Assembly (NCBI GenBank): GCA_009923895.1
Contig: RFSP01000001.1
Location: 1-34,571 of the forward strand
DNA length: 34,571 nt
Direction of reading: 5' to 3'
DNA from: Betaproteobacteria bacterium
GTDB taxonomy: Bacteria > Pseudomonadota > Gammaproteobacteria > Burkholderiales > Burkholderiaceae_C
The notes beneath the pieces were generated by a model. The model worked only from the letters and a program-made list of their open reading frames with translations. It was not told the DNA's origin and made no database searches. Below are positions 8,796 to 19,353 of the stretch, piece by piece; positions within the stretch are counted from its first letter, which is position 1, and the number at the start of each line of letters is the position of its first letter. Position numbers and translations under genes: made by a program.

Positions 8796-9581
8796 TCAAG
8801 CCAGGGCCATTTCTGGCCCGCCCACGCTCGCCTCCAGCAAAAGATCTTGCAAGCGTTTGGCCCAAGCGTTGAATTGCGGTGTCATGCGAAATGAGGGGTC
8901 CCTGGGGTATGGCGCGTCCACCGCAACCTCGGCCACCACGCGGCCCGGGCTGGCCGCCATCACCACCACCCGCTGCGACAAGTACACCGCCTCGACAATC
9001 GAGTGGGTGACAAAAAGAACCGTGAGCTTTCTGGACGACCACAACTGCAGCAATTCGCTGTCCAACCGAGATCGGGTGATCTCGTCCAACGCAGAAAAAG
9101 GTTCGTCCAACAGCAGCAAGGTCGGGTCGGTGGCCAAGCTGCGCGCGAGTGACACGCGCATGCGCATGCCGCCGGACAGCTCGTGCGGTCGATGGCGCGC
9201 AAAGGCCTCCAGCCCCACGCCTTTCAATGCGGCTTGCACACGGGGTTGTGATTTTTCTCGGGGCATCCCCGCCAGGTCCAGCGGCAGCCTCACATTGGCT
9301 TGAACGCGTGCCCACGGCATGAGGGTGGGCTCTTGAAACACAAAACCCAAGCGTTGATCTGATCCGACCTCCACTTGGCCCTGGCTCGGCGAAAGCAGAC
9401 CGGCCACCATGTGCAGCAAGGTGCTCTTGCCACATCCGGAGGGCCCCAGCAAGGTCACAAATTCGCCCGGCGCCACCCGCAAGTCCACAGGCATCAGCGC
9501 TTGTGTGCCGTTGGGGTAGACCTTGGCAGCCGAAGTCACGCGAATGGCCGCGGCGCCGTCTTCCTCCCCCCGATCGATCAC
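8796..9581 (-). CDS. ABC transporter ATP-binding protein, NitT/TauT family
   Basis: Walker A GPSGCGKST, FVFQE, LSGGMRMR, Walker B LLLLDEPF, FVTH. Confidence 0.95.
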   Translation of the reverse strand: MIDRGEEDGAAAIRVTSAAKVYPNGTQALMPVDLRVAPGEFVTLLGPSGCGKSTLLHMVAGLLSPSQGQVEVGSDQRLGFVFQEPTLMPWARVQANVRLPLDLAGMPREKSQPRVQAALKGVGLEAFARHRPHELSGGMRMRVSLARSLATDPTLLLLDEPFSALDEITRSRLDSELLQLWSSRKLTVLFVTHSIVEAVYLSQRVVVMAASPGRVVAEVAVDAPYPRDPSFRMTPQFNAWAKRLQDLLLEASVGGPEMALA

Positions 9582-9597
9582 CTTGCGATCCTCCCGC

Positions 9598-10584
9598 TCA
9601 GGGCATGACCTTGAGATTTTTCACAAATTCGAGGGTGTAGGTCCGCTTGAAGTCCACTTTGGTCGGATCCAAGAGCTTCAACGACACCATGATGTCGTAG
9701 GTCTTCTTCAGCCGCTCTTCGGTCATGACCCCAATGCCCAACTTGGCGGCATCGCCCCCCGACACCAGCCCGGTCTCGTTCATCATCTTGATGCCATGAG
9801 CGATGAGATCGTCAGTCATGTTGGGGTTGTCTTTCTTGATCAGCGCGTTGGCAGCCGAAGGGTCCCCTTTGAGATAGCTCTTCCATCCTTCCATGCTGGC
9901 TTTGACAAAGGCCGCCACCGCTTTGGGACGCTTCTTGATGGTGTCTTCCATGCACACGATGGTGGTGGAATAGGGGGGCCACCCATGGTCGGCCATCAAG
10001 AGCGCTGTGGGCTTGAACTTGGCCTGCTTTTCAATGGCGTACGGCTCGCTCGACAAATACCCCTGTTGCACGGTATTTTTGTCAGCAATGAAGGGCTGGA
10101 CGTTGAAAGTGTAGGGGCGCACCTGCGAATCGGACAACCCGTAGACGCTTCGCAGCCAAGGCCAGAAATTGGTGTTGGCGTCAGAAGAGATCAAAATGGT
10201 TTTGCCCTTGAGGTCTTCCATTTTCTTGAAGACCTCGGGGTGACCAATCATGACCTCGGGGTCTTTTTGGAAGGCGGCAGCGACGGTCACGGCACGCACC
10301 CCTTGCTCGTGCACCTTCATGGTTTGCACGTCGTAACCCATGTAGCAATCGGCCTGGCCCGCGGCCAGCAACTGCAAGCCATTGACCTGCGGACCGCCCA
10401 TGCGCAAGGTCACATCCAGTCCGGCTTTCTTGTACAGGCCTTGGGCCAAAGCTTGATAGAAGCCGCCGTGCTCGGCTTGCGCAAACCAATTGGTGAGATA
10501 GACGAACTTTTCTTGGGCAAGGGCAGCCGAGGAGAGAGAGGCTGAAAAAGCCGCCACGAGACCGATGAAAAAGGGGCGATTCAT
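9598..10584 (-). CDS. ABC transporter substrate-binding protein, NMT1/THI5-like
   Basis: Signal peptide; TNWFAQAEHGGFYQA...GLYKKAGLDV, GGPQVN, FQKDP, QQGYLSSEP. Confidence 0.88.
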   Translation of the reverse strand: MNRPFFIGLVAAFSASLSSAALAQEKFVYLTNWFAQAEHGGFYQALAQGLYKKAGLDVTLRMGGPQVNGLQLLAAGQADCYMGYDVQTMKVHEQGVRAVTVAAAFQKDPEVMIGHPEVFKKMEDLKGKTILISSDANTNFWPWLRSVYGLSDSQVRPYTFNVQPFIADKNTVQQGYLSSEPYAIEKQAKFKPTALLMADHGWPPYSTTIVCMEDTIKKRPKAVAAFVKASMEGWKSYLKGDPSAANALIKKDNPNMTDDLIAHGIKMMNETGLVSGGDAAKLGIGVMTEERLKKTYDIMVSLKLLDPTKVDFKRTYTLEFVKNLKVMP

Positions 10585-10643
10585 GATGCTGAACCTCAAC
10601 ATGCGTGGGGGACGCATTGTGCCCAATTTCAGAAAAGTTCGCC

Positions 10644-10672
10644 GAAGTTCGCTGCAAATTGCAGCGAACTTC
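10644..10672. terminator. Perfect inverted repeat just downstream of ftsZ; candidate terminator or mRNA-stabilising hairpin
   Basis: GAAGTTCGCTGCAA-A-TTGCAGCGAACTTC (14-bp arms), 19 nt after the ftsZ stop; followed on the minus strand by GGCGAACTTTTCT. Confidence 0.55.
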
Positions 10673-10691
10673 CCCCTAGATATTGAAATCC

Positions 10692-11927
10692 TCAGTCTGC
10701 TTGCTTGCGCAGGAAGGCGGGAATTTCAATCTCGTCCATGCCGCTGTTGGCCAAAGTCTCCACTTTGGTGCGTGCATTGCGCCACACACTGGGTGTTTGA
10801 AGACCTTCATAGCTTTGCGCGGGCATGACCGGGGCGGCGCCGGAACCCGCCGGCGTCGCGCCCATCATCGCCGCGCCTCCCATGACAGGCATGGCGTCGC
10901 CAGTGCCCGTGGCCAACATGGGCTGGGCCATCGGGTTGCTGACCACCGTCAACGGGGCTTGCATGCGACGTGCGCCAGAGGACAGACCGGTGGCAATCAC
11001 GGTCACGCGCAGTTGATCGCCCAGGCTCTCGTCAAATGCGGCGCCGTAGATCACGTGGGCATCATCGGCCGCATACAGGCGGATGGTGTCCATGGCGACC
11101 TTGCTCTCGCGCAACTTGAAGGTGTCCTTCGTCGCTGCAATGAGGACCAGCACGCCGCGAGCACCGGAGAGGTCGATCCCCTCAAGCAAGGGGCAAGCCA
11201 CAGCGGCTTCGGCGGCCTTCTTGGCACGGTCAGGTCCGGTGCCGGTGCCGGTGCCCATCATGGCCTTGCCGGGTTCGCTCATCACCGTCTTGACGTCTTC
11301 AAAGTCCACGTTGACCAATGCATCCATGTGGATGATGTCGCTGATCCCGCCCACCGCATTTTTCAGCACGTCATTGGCGTGGGCAAAGGCGGCCTCCTGG
11401 GTCACGTCGTCTCCCATGACTTCCAACAGCTTCTCGTTGAGCACGACGATGAGGGAGTCCACATTGGCCTCCAACTCCGCCACGCCTTGGTCGGCCTGCT
11501 TGCGGCGCCGGGGTCCTTCAAAATCGAAAGGCTTGGTCACCACGCCCACCGTCAGAATGCCCATTTCACGGGCCACGCGAGCAATGACTGCGGCAGCGCC
11601 GGTGCCCGTCCCACCCCCCATGCCAGCAGTGATGAAGAGCATGTTGGCCCCTTCAATGGCGCCCCGGATGTTCTCTACGGCATCTTCCGCAGCGGCCCGG
11701 CCCACTTCAGGTTTACCCCCGGCACCCAGGCCTTTGGATCCCAGCTGAACCAAAGAAGTCGCGCTGCTGCGATTGAGCGCCTGCGCGTCGGTATTGGCCA
11801 CGATGAAGTCCACCCCTTCAACGCCCTGGTCGATCATGTGCGCCACAGCGTTGCCACCGCCACCGCCCACACCGATCACCTTGATCGTTGTTCCTTGGTC
11901 GAACTCTTCGATCATTTCGATTGCCAT
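10692..11927 (-). CDS. ftsZ: Cell division protein FtsZ
   Basis: IKVIGVGGGGGNAV, tubulin signature GMGGGTGTG, VNVDFED, C-terminal peptide EIPAFLRKQAD. Confidence 0.99.
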   Translation of the reverse strand: MAIEMIEEFDQGTTIKVIGVGGGGGNAVAHMIDQGVEGVDFIVANTDAQALNRSSATSLVQLGSKGLGAGGKPEVGRAAAEDAVENIRGAIEGANMLFITAGMGGGTGTGAAAVIARVAREMGILTVGVVTKPFDFEGPRRRKQADQGVAELEANVDSLIVVLNEKLLEVMGDDVTQEAAFAHANDVLKNAVGGISDIIHMDALVNVDFEDVKTVMSEPGKAMMGTGTGTGPDRAKKAAEAAVACPLLEGIDLSGARGVLVLIAATKDTFKLRESKVAMDTIRLYAADDAHVIYGAAFDESLGDQLRVTVIATGLSSGARRMQAPLTVVSNPMAQPMLATGTGDAMPVMGGAAMMGATPAGSGAAPVMPAQSYEGLQTPSVWRNARTKVETLANSGMDEIEIPAFLRKQAD

Positions 11928-12018
11928 CTCTCTCTCCTTGTCTTCAGCAGTTGCCATTCAAAGTTACAAAAACCGGTGATTTCGCGCCGTCATTCGACGT
12001 TGTCACAGCCATCACCCT

Positions 12019-13251
12019 CTAGAAATTCCCCAAAAACCAATCTTTCGCACGAGACATCACAGTCTTCATGGACCCAGCCTGTTGCGCCGCCTTCACGCCT
12101 CGGCTGCGTGCGATGCGCGCCTCTTCAAGCAAACCCATGACCGTGGCCGACCGCGGATTGGCCACCATGTCATAAAGCGCTCCTGCGTAAGTGGGCTGCC
12201 CCGTTCGCACGGGCTTCAAGAAGATGTCTTCACCCAGCTCGATCATCCCAGGCATGGTGGCCGAGCCACCCGCCAGCACGATGCCGCTGGACAAACGCTC
12301 TTCAAAGCCACTGTCGCGAATGACTTGGTGCACCAGCGAGAAGATTTCTTCCACCCGCGGCTCGATCACGCCCGCCAGGGCCTGCCGACTCAACAGGCGC
12401 GGCGCACGGTCGCCCAGACCCGGCACTTCGACTTGCTCTGCGGGGTCGGCCAAGAGCTGTTTGGCCACGCCGTACTCCACCTTGATTTCCTCGGCGTCTT
12501 TGGTGGGCGTGCGCAAAGCCATGGCAATGTCGCTGGTGATGAGGTCTCCCGCAATGGGAATCACCGCCGTGTGTCTGACCGAGCCTTCGGTGTAAATCTG
12601 AACGTCAGTCGTCCCTGCCCCAATGTCCACCAGGGCCACACCCAGTTCTTTTTCGTCGTCGGTGAGCACGGCAGCCGCGCTGGCACTGGGATTGAGCACC
12701 AGCCGCTCGACCTCCAGTCCGCATCGGCGCACACACTTGACAATGTTCTCAGCCGCGCTTTGAGCTCCGGTGACGATGTGGACACGCACCTCTAAACGGC
12801 TGCCACTCATGCCAATGGGCTCTTTGACTTCGTGACCGTCGATGACGAATTCTTGCGGCTCCACCAGAAGGAGACGCTGGTCGTTGGGAATGTTGATCGC
12901 CTTGGCGGTTTCCACCACACGGGCCACGTCGGTCGTTGTGACTTCGCGATTGTCGCGCACGATGACCATGCCCGTCGAGTTTTGTCCGCGAATGTGGCTG
13001 CCCGTGATGCCGGTGTACACACTGGCAATCTTACAGGCCGCCATCATCTCCGCCTCTTTCAAGGCCTGCTGAATGCTCTGAACGGTGGCATCGATATTGA
13101 CCACCACGCCCCGTTTGAGGCCGTGGCTGTTGGCCACGCCCAAGCCGGCAATCCGCAGTTCTCCCCCGGCGACGACTTCTCCCACCACCACCATGACCTT
13201 GGAGGTGCCGATATCAAGTCCCACAACGAGGTCTTTGTATTCCTTGGCCAT
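12019..13251 (-). CDS. ftsA: Cell division protein FtsA
   Basis: VVGLDIGTSKV, GLKRGVVVNI, VDIGAGTTD, AEEIKVEYG, C-terminal amphipathic KDWFLGNF. Confidence 0.99.
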   Translation of the reverse strand: MAKEYKDLVVGLDIGTSKVMVVVGEVVAGGELRIAGLGVANSHGLKRGVVVNIDATVQSIQQALKEAEMMAACKIASVYTGITGSHIRGQNSTGMVIVRDNREVTTTDVARVVETAKAINIPNDQRLLLVEPQEFVIDGHEVKEPIGMSGSRLEVRVHIVTGAQSAAENIVKCVRRCGLEVERLVLNPSASAAAVLTDDEKELGVALVDIGAGTTDVQIYTEGSVRHTAVIPIAGDLITSDIAMALRTPTKDAEEIKVEYGVAKQLLADPAEQVEVPGLGDRAPRLLSRQALAGVIEPRVEEIFSLVHQVIRDSGFEERLSSGIVLAGGSATMPGMIELGEDIFLKPVRTGQPTYAGALYDMVANPRSATVMGLLEEARIARSRGVKAAQQAGSMKTVMSRAKDWFLGNF

Positions 13252-13337
13252 AAGCGTCAATCTCCTCGTGGCAGCAGGCAGGGGGACCCTGCCAGATCTG
13301 CGCCGATATTGGAAAAAATAAGGATCCAGCGATTCAT

Positions 13338-14132
13338 TCAGGGGCTCCTGCGCAAGCCCGACGGGGGCACTTGGGTGGTCACGCCTTGCATTCGAACAGC
13401 ATACCCTTCAGGGTGACGCAAATCTGCCGACACGAACCGGCTTCGAAACTGGCGCGTCACCTGGGAAATGGTGCGGACAAAGCGATGGGTGCGCGACACC
13501 ACTTCCTCGTCAGAGCCGCGTCCCAATTCAATGCTTCCGCCGCCGTCCAAGTCGATTCGCCAGGACCCCCGTCCCGACAAGGCCAGACGCTCAACAGACC
13601 GGTCCAACTTGCTCATGAGGGGCTTGAGCTGCTGAAACATGGCCCACATCCGGGGCGCGGTGCCCTCTGGCCCAGACAGCAAGGGCAGGCCTTCGTCTTC
13701 CACATCGCCCACATTGGCTTGAAACACCTCGCCAAAATTGTTCACCAAGCGGTCGTCGCCGTTGTCGCTCTCCCACAACGCCACCGCGCGGTGCTCTTCA
13801 AGCCGCGCTGCCAAGGCGTGCGGCCACACCCTGCGCACCACCGCCGTACGGACCCAAGGCACCCCTTCAAAAGCCTTTTGCGCGGCCTGCAAATCCAAGG
13901 TGTAGAAGTTCCCTGAAAGCTTGGGCATGACCACGGCCCGTACGGTGGGCACACTGCTGCGCGCGAGCTCACCTTCGAGCTGAATGCCCCGCACTGCAAA
14001 CCACGGTGCTCTGACCAGCCAAGCCAGACCGGCGGCCACCAGAACCGCAGCCAGCAGTCCCAGCACGGCAGCAGAGACCCCGTTCATCAGGCGAATGTCC
14101 AAGGGCACAGACGGACGGCTCAAGGTGACCAT
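13338..14132 (-). CDS. ftsQ: Cell division protein FtsQ/DivIB
   Basis: Single TM helix, POTRA domain (GNFYTLDL..VPWVR.AVVRRVWP), DLRHPEGYAV; TGATG overlap with ddl. Confidence 0.95.
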   Translation of the reverse strand: MVTLSRPSVPLDIRLMNGVSAAVLGLLAAVLVAAGLAWLVRAPWFAVRGIQLEGELARSSVPTVRAVVMPKLSGNFYTLDLQAAQKAFEGVPWVRTAVVRRVWPHALAARLEEHRAVALWESDNGDDRLVNNFGEVFQANVGDVEDEGLPLLSGPEGTAPRMWAMFQQLKPLMSKLDRSVERLALSGRGSWRIDLDGGGSIELGRGSDEEVVSRTHRFVRTISQVTRQFRSRFVSADLRHPEGYAVRMQGVTTQVPPSGLRRSP

Positions 14133-15118
14133 CAGGACTGTCCCCCGTGCGAGGCGTGGTGGGCGGGGTGATCCAAAGCCGCATCGGCCAGCAATCGCAG
14201 GCACAGTTCTTCGTAGCTGATACCCGCCGCCTTGGCCGACATCGGAACCAGCGAATGGCTGGTCATCCCGGGAGACGTGTTCATCTCCAGAAGGAAGGGC
14301 TTGCGATCGGAGGCCCTGACCATCAAGTCGGCCCGGCCCCAACCCCGACAGCCCAGGGTTCGATACGCCGCCAAAACCAAGCGCTGTATCTCGGCCTCTT
14401 CTGTGGCGCTGAGCCCACTTGGGCAGTGATACTGCGTCACGTCGGTGAAGTACTTGTTTTGGTAGTCGTAGGCGCCTTGAGGCGCGACGATCCGCACCAC
14501 CGGCAGGGCTTGCGCTTGGGCGCCCGTGCCCAAAACAGGGCACGTCACCTCGTCGCCTTCGATAAATTCTTCACACAACACTTCGGTGTCGTAGCGTGCG
14601 CTCAGGGCCACCGCCTCGGCCATCTGGGAGTAGCCTTCGACCTTGGTCACACCGATCGAAGATCCTTCGTGAGGAGGTTTGACGATCAGCGGCAACCCCA
14701 AGGCGTCAGGCACGGTTCTGACCACCTCTTGCGTCTGTCGTTCGGCAGCCAAACAGATCCAGCGAGGCGTCGACAAGGATTCCGATTGCCACACCCGCTT
14801 GGTCATCACCTTGTCCATGGCGATCGCGCTGGCCATCACCCCAGAACCTGTGTAGGGGATGCCCAACCATTCCAATGCGCCTTGGATCGAGCCGTCCTCG
14901 CCATAGCGCCCGTGCAAGGCGATGAAGACGCGGTCAACCCGCTCCTGCTTGAGGTCTTCCAAAGGCCGCTGGGCAGGATCAAAAGCCATGGCCTTCACGC
15001 CCGACGATTGCAGGGCCGCCAACACGCCTGCCCCCGACATGAGCGACACCTCACGCTCGGCACTGAGCCCGCCCATGAGCACGGCCACTTTGCCCAGGCG
15101 AGCCACGTCGATGCTCAT
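14132..15118 (-). CDS. ddl: D-alanine--D-alanine ligase
   Basis: [56 protein letters not shown]. Confidence 0.98.
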   Translation of the reverse strand: MSIDVARLGKVAVLMGGLSAEREVSLMSGAGVLAALQSSGVKAMAFDPAQRPLEDLKQERVDRVFIALHGRYGEDGSIQGALEWLGIPYTGSGVMASAIAMDKVMTKRVWQSESLSTPRWICLAAERQTQEVVRTVPDALGLPLIVKPPHEGSSIGVTKVEGYSQMAEAVALSARYDTEVLCEEFIEGDEVTCPVLGTGAQAQALPVVRIVAPQGAYDYQNKYFTDVTQYHCPSGLSATEEAEIQRLVLAAYRTLGCRGWGRADLMVRASDRKPFLLEMNTSPGMTSHSLVPMSAKAAGISYEELCLRLLADAALDHPAHHASHGGQS

Positions 15119-16188
15119 GCGCGCACCCACCTTTCCAGCTCGTCAGCCACGCGTTCAGCGGCGTGCGGCTTGGCCAGGGCACGGGCACATTCAGCCATCG
15201 TCAACAACTGATTTCGACTCCAGCCTTCCATCAGTTCGCGCAAGGTCTTGGGGGTCAGTTGGTCTTGGGGCAGGTGAACGGCCGCGCCGTGCCGTGCCAT
15301 CCACAGGGCGTTGTCTCTTTGATGAGACGTGGTGCTCACCACCAGCGGCACCAGGACCGAAGGCACCCCTGCAGCGCACAATTCACTCACCGTGACAGCG
15401 CCTGCGCGGCAGATCACCACATCACAGTCCGCCAAGGCCTGCGCCATATCGTCTATGAAGGGCCGCACATCGGCTTGCACTTGGTGCTGCTCATAGGCCT
15501 GGCGCACCTGATCGGCGTGGGCCGAACCGGCCTGGTGCAACACCCGGGGGCGCGCCCGCTGCGACATTTCGGCCAGGGCGGCGGGCACGACGTCGTTGAG
15601 CGCCTTGGCCCCCAAGCTTCCGCCCAGCACCAGCAACTTCAGGGGGCCTGATCGGGCCTCCCACCGCGACTGCGGCGTCGGGATGGCTTCGATTTCTTGA
15701 CGCACCGGGTTGCCGGTGACGATGGCCTTGTCCACCCGCTGAGAGACGGCGCCTTCAAATCCAAACACCACCCGTTGAGCCAGCGGCATCAAGGCGCGGT
15801 TGGACAACAACAATCCGGCATCGGCATTGACCAAGACCAAGGGCTTGCGCAGCAACGCGGCCATGAGCCCTCCGGGAAAGCAGACGTAACCGCCCATGCC
15901 CAGCACCACATGGGCCCCGCGTCGCCGCAGCACCTGAAAGCAACGCACCAGCGAGGCCAGCAACTTGAAGACGCCGGTCACGGTGTGTCGCCATCCTTTG
16001 CCCCGCAAGCCTGAAAAGTCCACCGTGTCCATCTCAATGCCCGTGGGCGGCACCAAGCGGTTTTCCATGCCATGGCGGGTTCCCAGCCAGCTCACGCTCC
16101 AGCCACGGCGCTGCATTTCACGCGCCACCGCCAAGCCCGGGATGATGTGTCCCCCAGTTCCTGCGGCCATGACCACCAAATGACTCAC
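15115..16188 (-). CDS. murG: Undecaprenyldiphospho-muramoylpentapeptide beta-N-acetylglucosaminyltransferase
   Basis: [46 protein letters not shown]; GTG start overlapping the ftsW stop. Confidence 0.98.
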   Translation of the reverse strand: MSHLVVMAAGTGGHIIPGLAVAREMQRRGWSVSWLGTRHGMENRLVPPTGIEMDTVDFSGLRGKGWRHTVTGVFKLLASLVRCFQVLRRRGAHVVLGMGGYVCFPGGLMAALLRKPLVLVNADAGLLLSNRALMPLAQRVVFGFEGAVSQRVDKAIVTGNPVRQEIEAIPTPQSRWEARSGPLKLLVLGGSLGAKALNDVVPAALAEMSQRARPRVLHQAGSAHADQVRQAYEQHQVQADVRPFIDDMAQALADCDVVICRAGAVTVSELCAAGVPSVLVPLVVSTTSHQRDNALWMARHGAAVHLPQDQLTPKTLRELMEGWSRNQLLTMAECARALAKPHAAERVADELERWVRA

Positions 16189-17468
16189 AGTCGCCCCCCC
16201 CTCATCAAGGAGCGATTCTCCATGTCGGCCCGCACCACAATGGCCACAGCCACCAAATTGAGCAAGATGGCTGAGCCGCCGTAACTCATCAAGGGCAAAG
16301 TCAGTCCTTTGGTGGGGAGCACGCCCAGGTTGACGCCCATGTTGATGAAGGACTGAAAGCCAAACCACACCCCAATGCCCTGCACCATCAGGCCTGCAAA
16401 GACGCGGTCCAGTGCAATGGCCTGACGACCGATGGCCACAATGCGGCGGGTGAGCCAGAAGAAGGTGATGATCACGGTGGCCACACCGATAAAGCCCAGC
16501 TCCTCACCAATCACAGCCAAGAGGAAGTCGGTGTGGGCCTCGGGCAGGTAATGGAGTTTCTCCACCGAAGAACCCAAGCCTTGACCGAAGATTTCACCGC
16601 GTCCAAATGCAATCAACGAGTGCGTCAATTGATAGGCCTTGCCCTGTGCATAGGCGGGATTCCAGGGGTCCAAATAAGCCAAGATGCGGGTGCGTCGCAA
16701 GTCATCAAAGGCAATGATCAGCGCAAAGGCGCCAATGGCCATGGCCGCGATCAAGAAGAACATGCGGGCGTTGACGCCTCCCAAGAAAAGCACCGCCATG
16801 GCGATCGTGGCAATCACCAAGAACGCGCCCATGTCAGGTTGCCGAAGCAGCAAGACGCCCACAAACAACACAGCCAATGCCATGGGCCAGACCGCTCGAA
16901 CAAAGTTCTCACGGGCCTCCATCTTGCGCACCATGTAGCTGGCTGCATACATGGCAATGGCCAACTTGGTGAACTCAGAAGGCTGGAAATTCATGATGCC
17001 CAAGGGAATCCAGCGCCTCGAGAAATTCACCACCTTGCCAATGAAGGGGATCAACACCACGATCAACAGCACGATGGAAATGAGAAAGACAATCCGGGCG
17101 TGCTTTTCCCAAAACGAAATGGGCATCTGCACCACCGCCAAAGACACCACCGATGCCAAAGCGATGAACAGGACATGCCGCGATAGGAAATAAGTGGGAG
17201 CGTATCGAGAGAACTTGGGGTTGTCGGGCAAGGCCACCGAGGCCGAATACACCATCACCACACCCAACATGACGAGTGCCACCACCACGCCCACCAAAGC
17301 CTGGTCAAAACCGGCCATGCGGGTCACACGGTCGGTGGCGCGATCAAGGCCATCGCGCACCGGTGCCGCTCCATGGACCTCCGATGCACGATTTCGCGCA
17401 TCCCACCAGGACTTCAAGCCTTGAATCGACAAGCGAGTCGACAAGCGAGAGGTCAACGACGCGCTCAT
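16185..17468 (-). CDS. ftsW: SEDS peptidoglycan glycosyltransferase FtsW
   Basis: [50 protein letters not shown]. Confidence 0.98.
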   Translation of the reverse strand: MSASLTSRLSTRLSIQGLKSWWDARNRASEVHGAAPVRDGLDRATDRVTRMAGFDQALVGVVVALVMLGVVMVYSASVALPDNPKFSRYAPTYFLSRHVLFIALASVVSLAVVQMPISFWEKHARIVFLISIVLLIVVLIPFIGKVVNFSRRWIPLGIMNFQPSEFTKLAIAMYAASYMVRKMEARENFVRAVWPMALAVLFVGVLLLRQPDMGAFLVIATIAMAVLFLGGVNARMFFLIAAMAIGAFALIIAFDDLRRTRILAYLDPWNPAYAQGKAYQLTHSLIAFGRGEIFGQGLGSSVEKLHYLPEAHTDFLLAVIGEELGFIGVATVIITFFWLTRRIVAIGRQAIALDRVFAGLMVQGIGVWFGFQSFINMGVNLGVLPTKGLTLPLMSYGGSAILLNLVAVAIVVRADMENRSLMRGGRL

Positions 17469-18175
17469 GCGGCCTCGCTCGCTTTCGCACTGCCACGTGC
17501 ATCGCGCAGGGCGTGCAGCATCGGGGCCAAAGGACAGCCCAACACACTGCCCAAGGTCAATGCCGTCAAGGCAGACAGCACCGTCGCCGCCTGTTGTTGC
17601 GAATCGTCCGTCCAGCCCGACAGGGCCTGCGAAGGCATCAATCGCTGCAAATGGATTTCAGAGGCCTCGTCCTTGCGCTTTCGCAGGCCGTCATCATCGG
17701 AGATGGCCCGCACCAACCACCGCATACCGCCTTCGGTGACCTCTCCCCAATCGCCCGATCTCGTGGGCGCGTCCAGGCCCACCCCAACTGCCACGCGCGG
17801 TGCGACTTTGACAGCGTGACGAGGGCTCCGCCCAGCGGGCACGGCCGTGGGAGCCAAGGCCGCAACGGCCTCGACATCTCGGCGCAAAATCATTGCCCCC
17901 GAGGTGCCCAGAAAGCTCCCAGCCTGCGAACCGACGGCGTCCAACACGGCCACAGCCGATGGATTCCAATCAGGACTCCATGTCAGATGGGACGCTTCCT
18001 CATCGGACAGACTCCACACCACAATGTCGGGGCCCGATTGCTCAGGCGTGGGAGGCGCCGTCTCACCACGCACGCAGGTCACGGTTCTGCCCGCTCGGCT
18101 CAAGAGAGCCGAGGTCACTCCCGCTGCCTGTTCAAGCAAACGGGTAGAGGCCACGATCAATACCACTTGACTCAT
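17465..18175 (-). CDS. murD: Degenerate, truncated MurD-derived protein (236 aa, central domain only, catalytic motifs lost); pseudoenzyme or open-frame pseudogene
   Basis: Occupies the murD slot between mraY and ftsW with ATGA overlaps at both ends. Residual similarity to recalled Burkholderiales MurD ([44 protein letters not shown]). No GTNGKTT, ELSSFQL, DHLD, or N- and C-terminal domains. Confidence 0.8.
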   Translation of the reverse strand: MSQVVLIVASTRLLEQAAGVTSALLSRAGRTVTCVRGETAPPTPEQSGPDIVVWSLSDEEASHLTWSPDWNPSAVAVLDAVGSQAGSFLGTSGAMILRRDVEAVAALAPTAVPAGRSPRHAVKVAPRVAVGVGLDAPTRSGDWGEVTEGGMRWLVRAISDDDGLRKRKDEASEIHLQRLMPSQALSGWTDDSQQQAATVLSALTALTLGSVLGCPLAPMLHALRDARGSAKASEAA

Positions 18176-19353
18176 CGCAACTTCAAACTGGCCAGTCCCA
18201 CCAGACACAACAACATCGTGATGATCCAGAACCGAACGACCACTTGGGTCTCGGTCCAACCCTTTTTCTCGAAATGGTGGTGCAAGGGCGCCATCAAAAA
18301 GATGCGGCGCCCCTCGCCGTAGCGTTTGCGGGTGTATTTGAACCAGCTCACCTGAATGATCACGCTCATGGCCTCGGCCACGAAGATGCCCCCCATGATG
18401 GCCAGCACAATTTCCTGTCGGGTGATGACCGCCACCGTCCCCAAGGCACCGCCCAACGCCAGGGCACCCACGTCTCCCATGAACACCTGCGCCGGGTTGG
18501 CGTTGAACCACAAAAATGCGAGCCCCGCTCCCGCCATGGCGGCACAAAAGATGAGCAGTTCGCCCGAGCCCGGAATGTAGGGAAACAGCAGGTACTTGGA
18601 ATACACCGAACTGCCCGTCACGTAAGCAAAGATGCCCAGGGCCGACCCCACCAACACCACCGGCATGATGGCCAGTCCATCCAGGCCATCGGTGAAATTC
18701 ACGGCGTTGCTGGCGCCCACAATGACAAACCAACTCATGGCAATGAAGCCATACACCCCCAAGGGATAGCTCACCGACTTAAAAAACGGCAACATCAAGT
18801 CTGCCTTGGGTGGCAGCTCATTGGAAAAGCCGCTGGTGATCCACCGCAAAAACAACTCCAGCACACGCAGATTGGTGTTCTCCGACACGCTGAAGGCCAA
18901 ATAGGCCGCGGCCAACAATCCAATCAAAGACTGCCAAAAGAATTTTTCTCGCGATCGCATCCCTTCGGGGTCTTTGTAGACCACCTTGCGGTAGTCATCG
19001 ACCCAACCGATGGCGCCATAACCAAAGGTGACCAGCATGACGACCCACACGAATCGGTTGGACCAGTCAAACCAGCACAGCGTGGACACCCCAATGCCGA
19101 TCAAGACCAAGACGCCACCCATGGTGGGGGTCCCTCGTTTGCCCAAGTGGGACTGCACACCGTATTCGCGAATCGGCTGGCCGATCTTCATCTGCGTGAG
19201 CCGACGGATCACCCAAGGACCAAAGGCCAAGCCAATCAGCAGCGCGGTCATGGCAGCCAACACCGCTCGGAAAGTGATGTACTGAAAGACCCGCAAGAAG
19301 CCCAAGGCTTCAGGGCTCAATGACATCAACCATTGGCTCAGGCTAAGCAGCAT
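18172..19353 (-). CDS. mraY: Phospho-N-acetylmuramoyl-pentapeptide transferase
   Basis: [46 protein letters not shown]. Confidence 0.99.
   Translation of the reverse strand: MLLSLSQWLMSLSPEALGFLRVFQYITFRAVLAAMTALLIGLAFGPWVIRRLTQMKIGQPIREYGVQSHLGKRGTPTMGGVLVLIGIGVSTLCWFDWSNRFVWVVMLVTFGYGAIGWVDDYRKVVYKDPEGMRSREKFFWQSLIGLLAAAYLAFSVSENTNLRVLELFLRWITSGFSNELPPKADLMLPFFKSVSYPLGVYGFIAMSWFVIVGASNAVNFTDGLDGLAIMPVVLVGSALGIFAYVTGSSVYSKYLLFPYIPGSGELLIFCAAMAGAGLAFLWFNANPAQVFMGDVGALALGGALGTVAVITRQEIVLAIMGGIFVAEAMSVIIQVSWFKYTRKRYGEGRRIFLMAPLHHHFEKKGWTETQVVVRFWIITMLLCLVGLASLKLR

Noticed and set aside
14132-15118. Van-type D-Ala-D-Lac ligase as an explanation for altered peptidoglycan
   Set aside because: The omega loop YDYQNKY has the Tyr typical of D-Ala-D-Ala ligases, and the gene is in the normal ddl position.
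14132-16188. Absence of murB from the cluster
   Set aside because: murB is normally outside the dcw cluster in beta/gammaproteobacteria, so it is not counted as a loss.
17465-18733. 422-aa ORF read as a full-length or frameshifted MurD
   Set aside because: The extra N-terminal 186 codons are an off-frame read of mraY; the plausible start is ATG 18175. Only about 710 nt separate mraY and ftsW, too little for a complete MurD in any frame combination.
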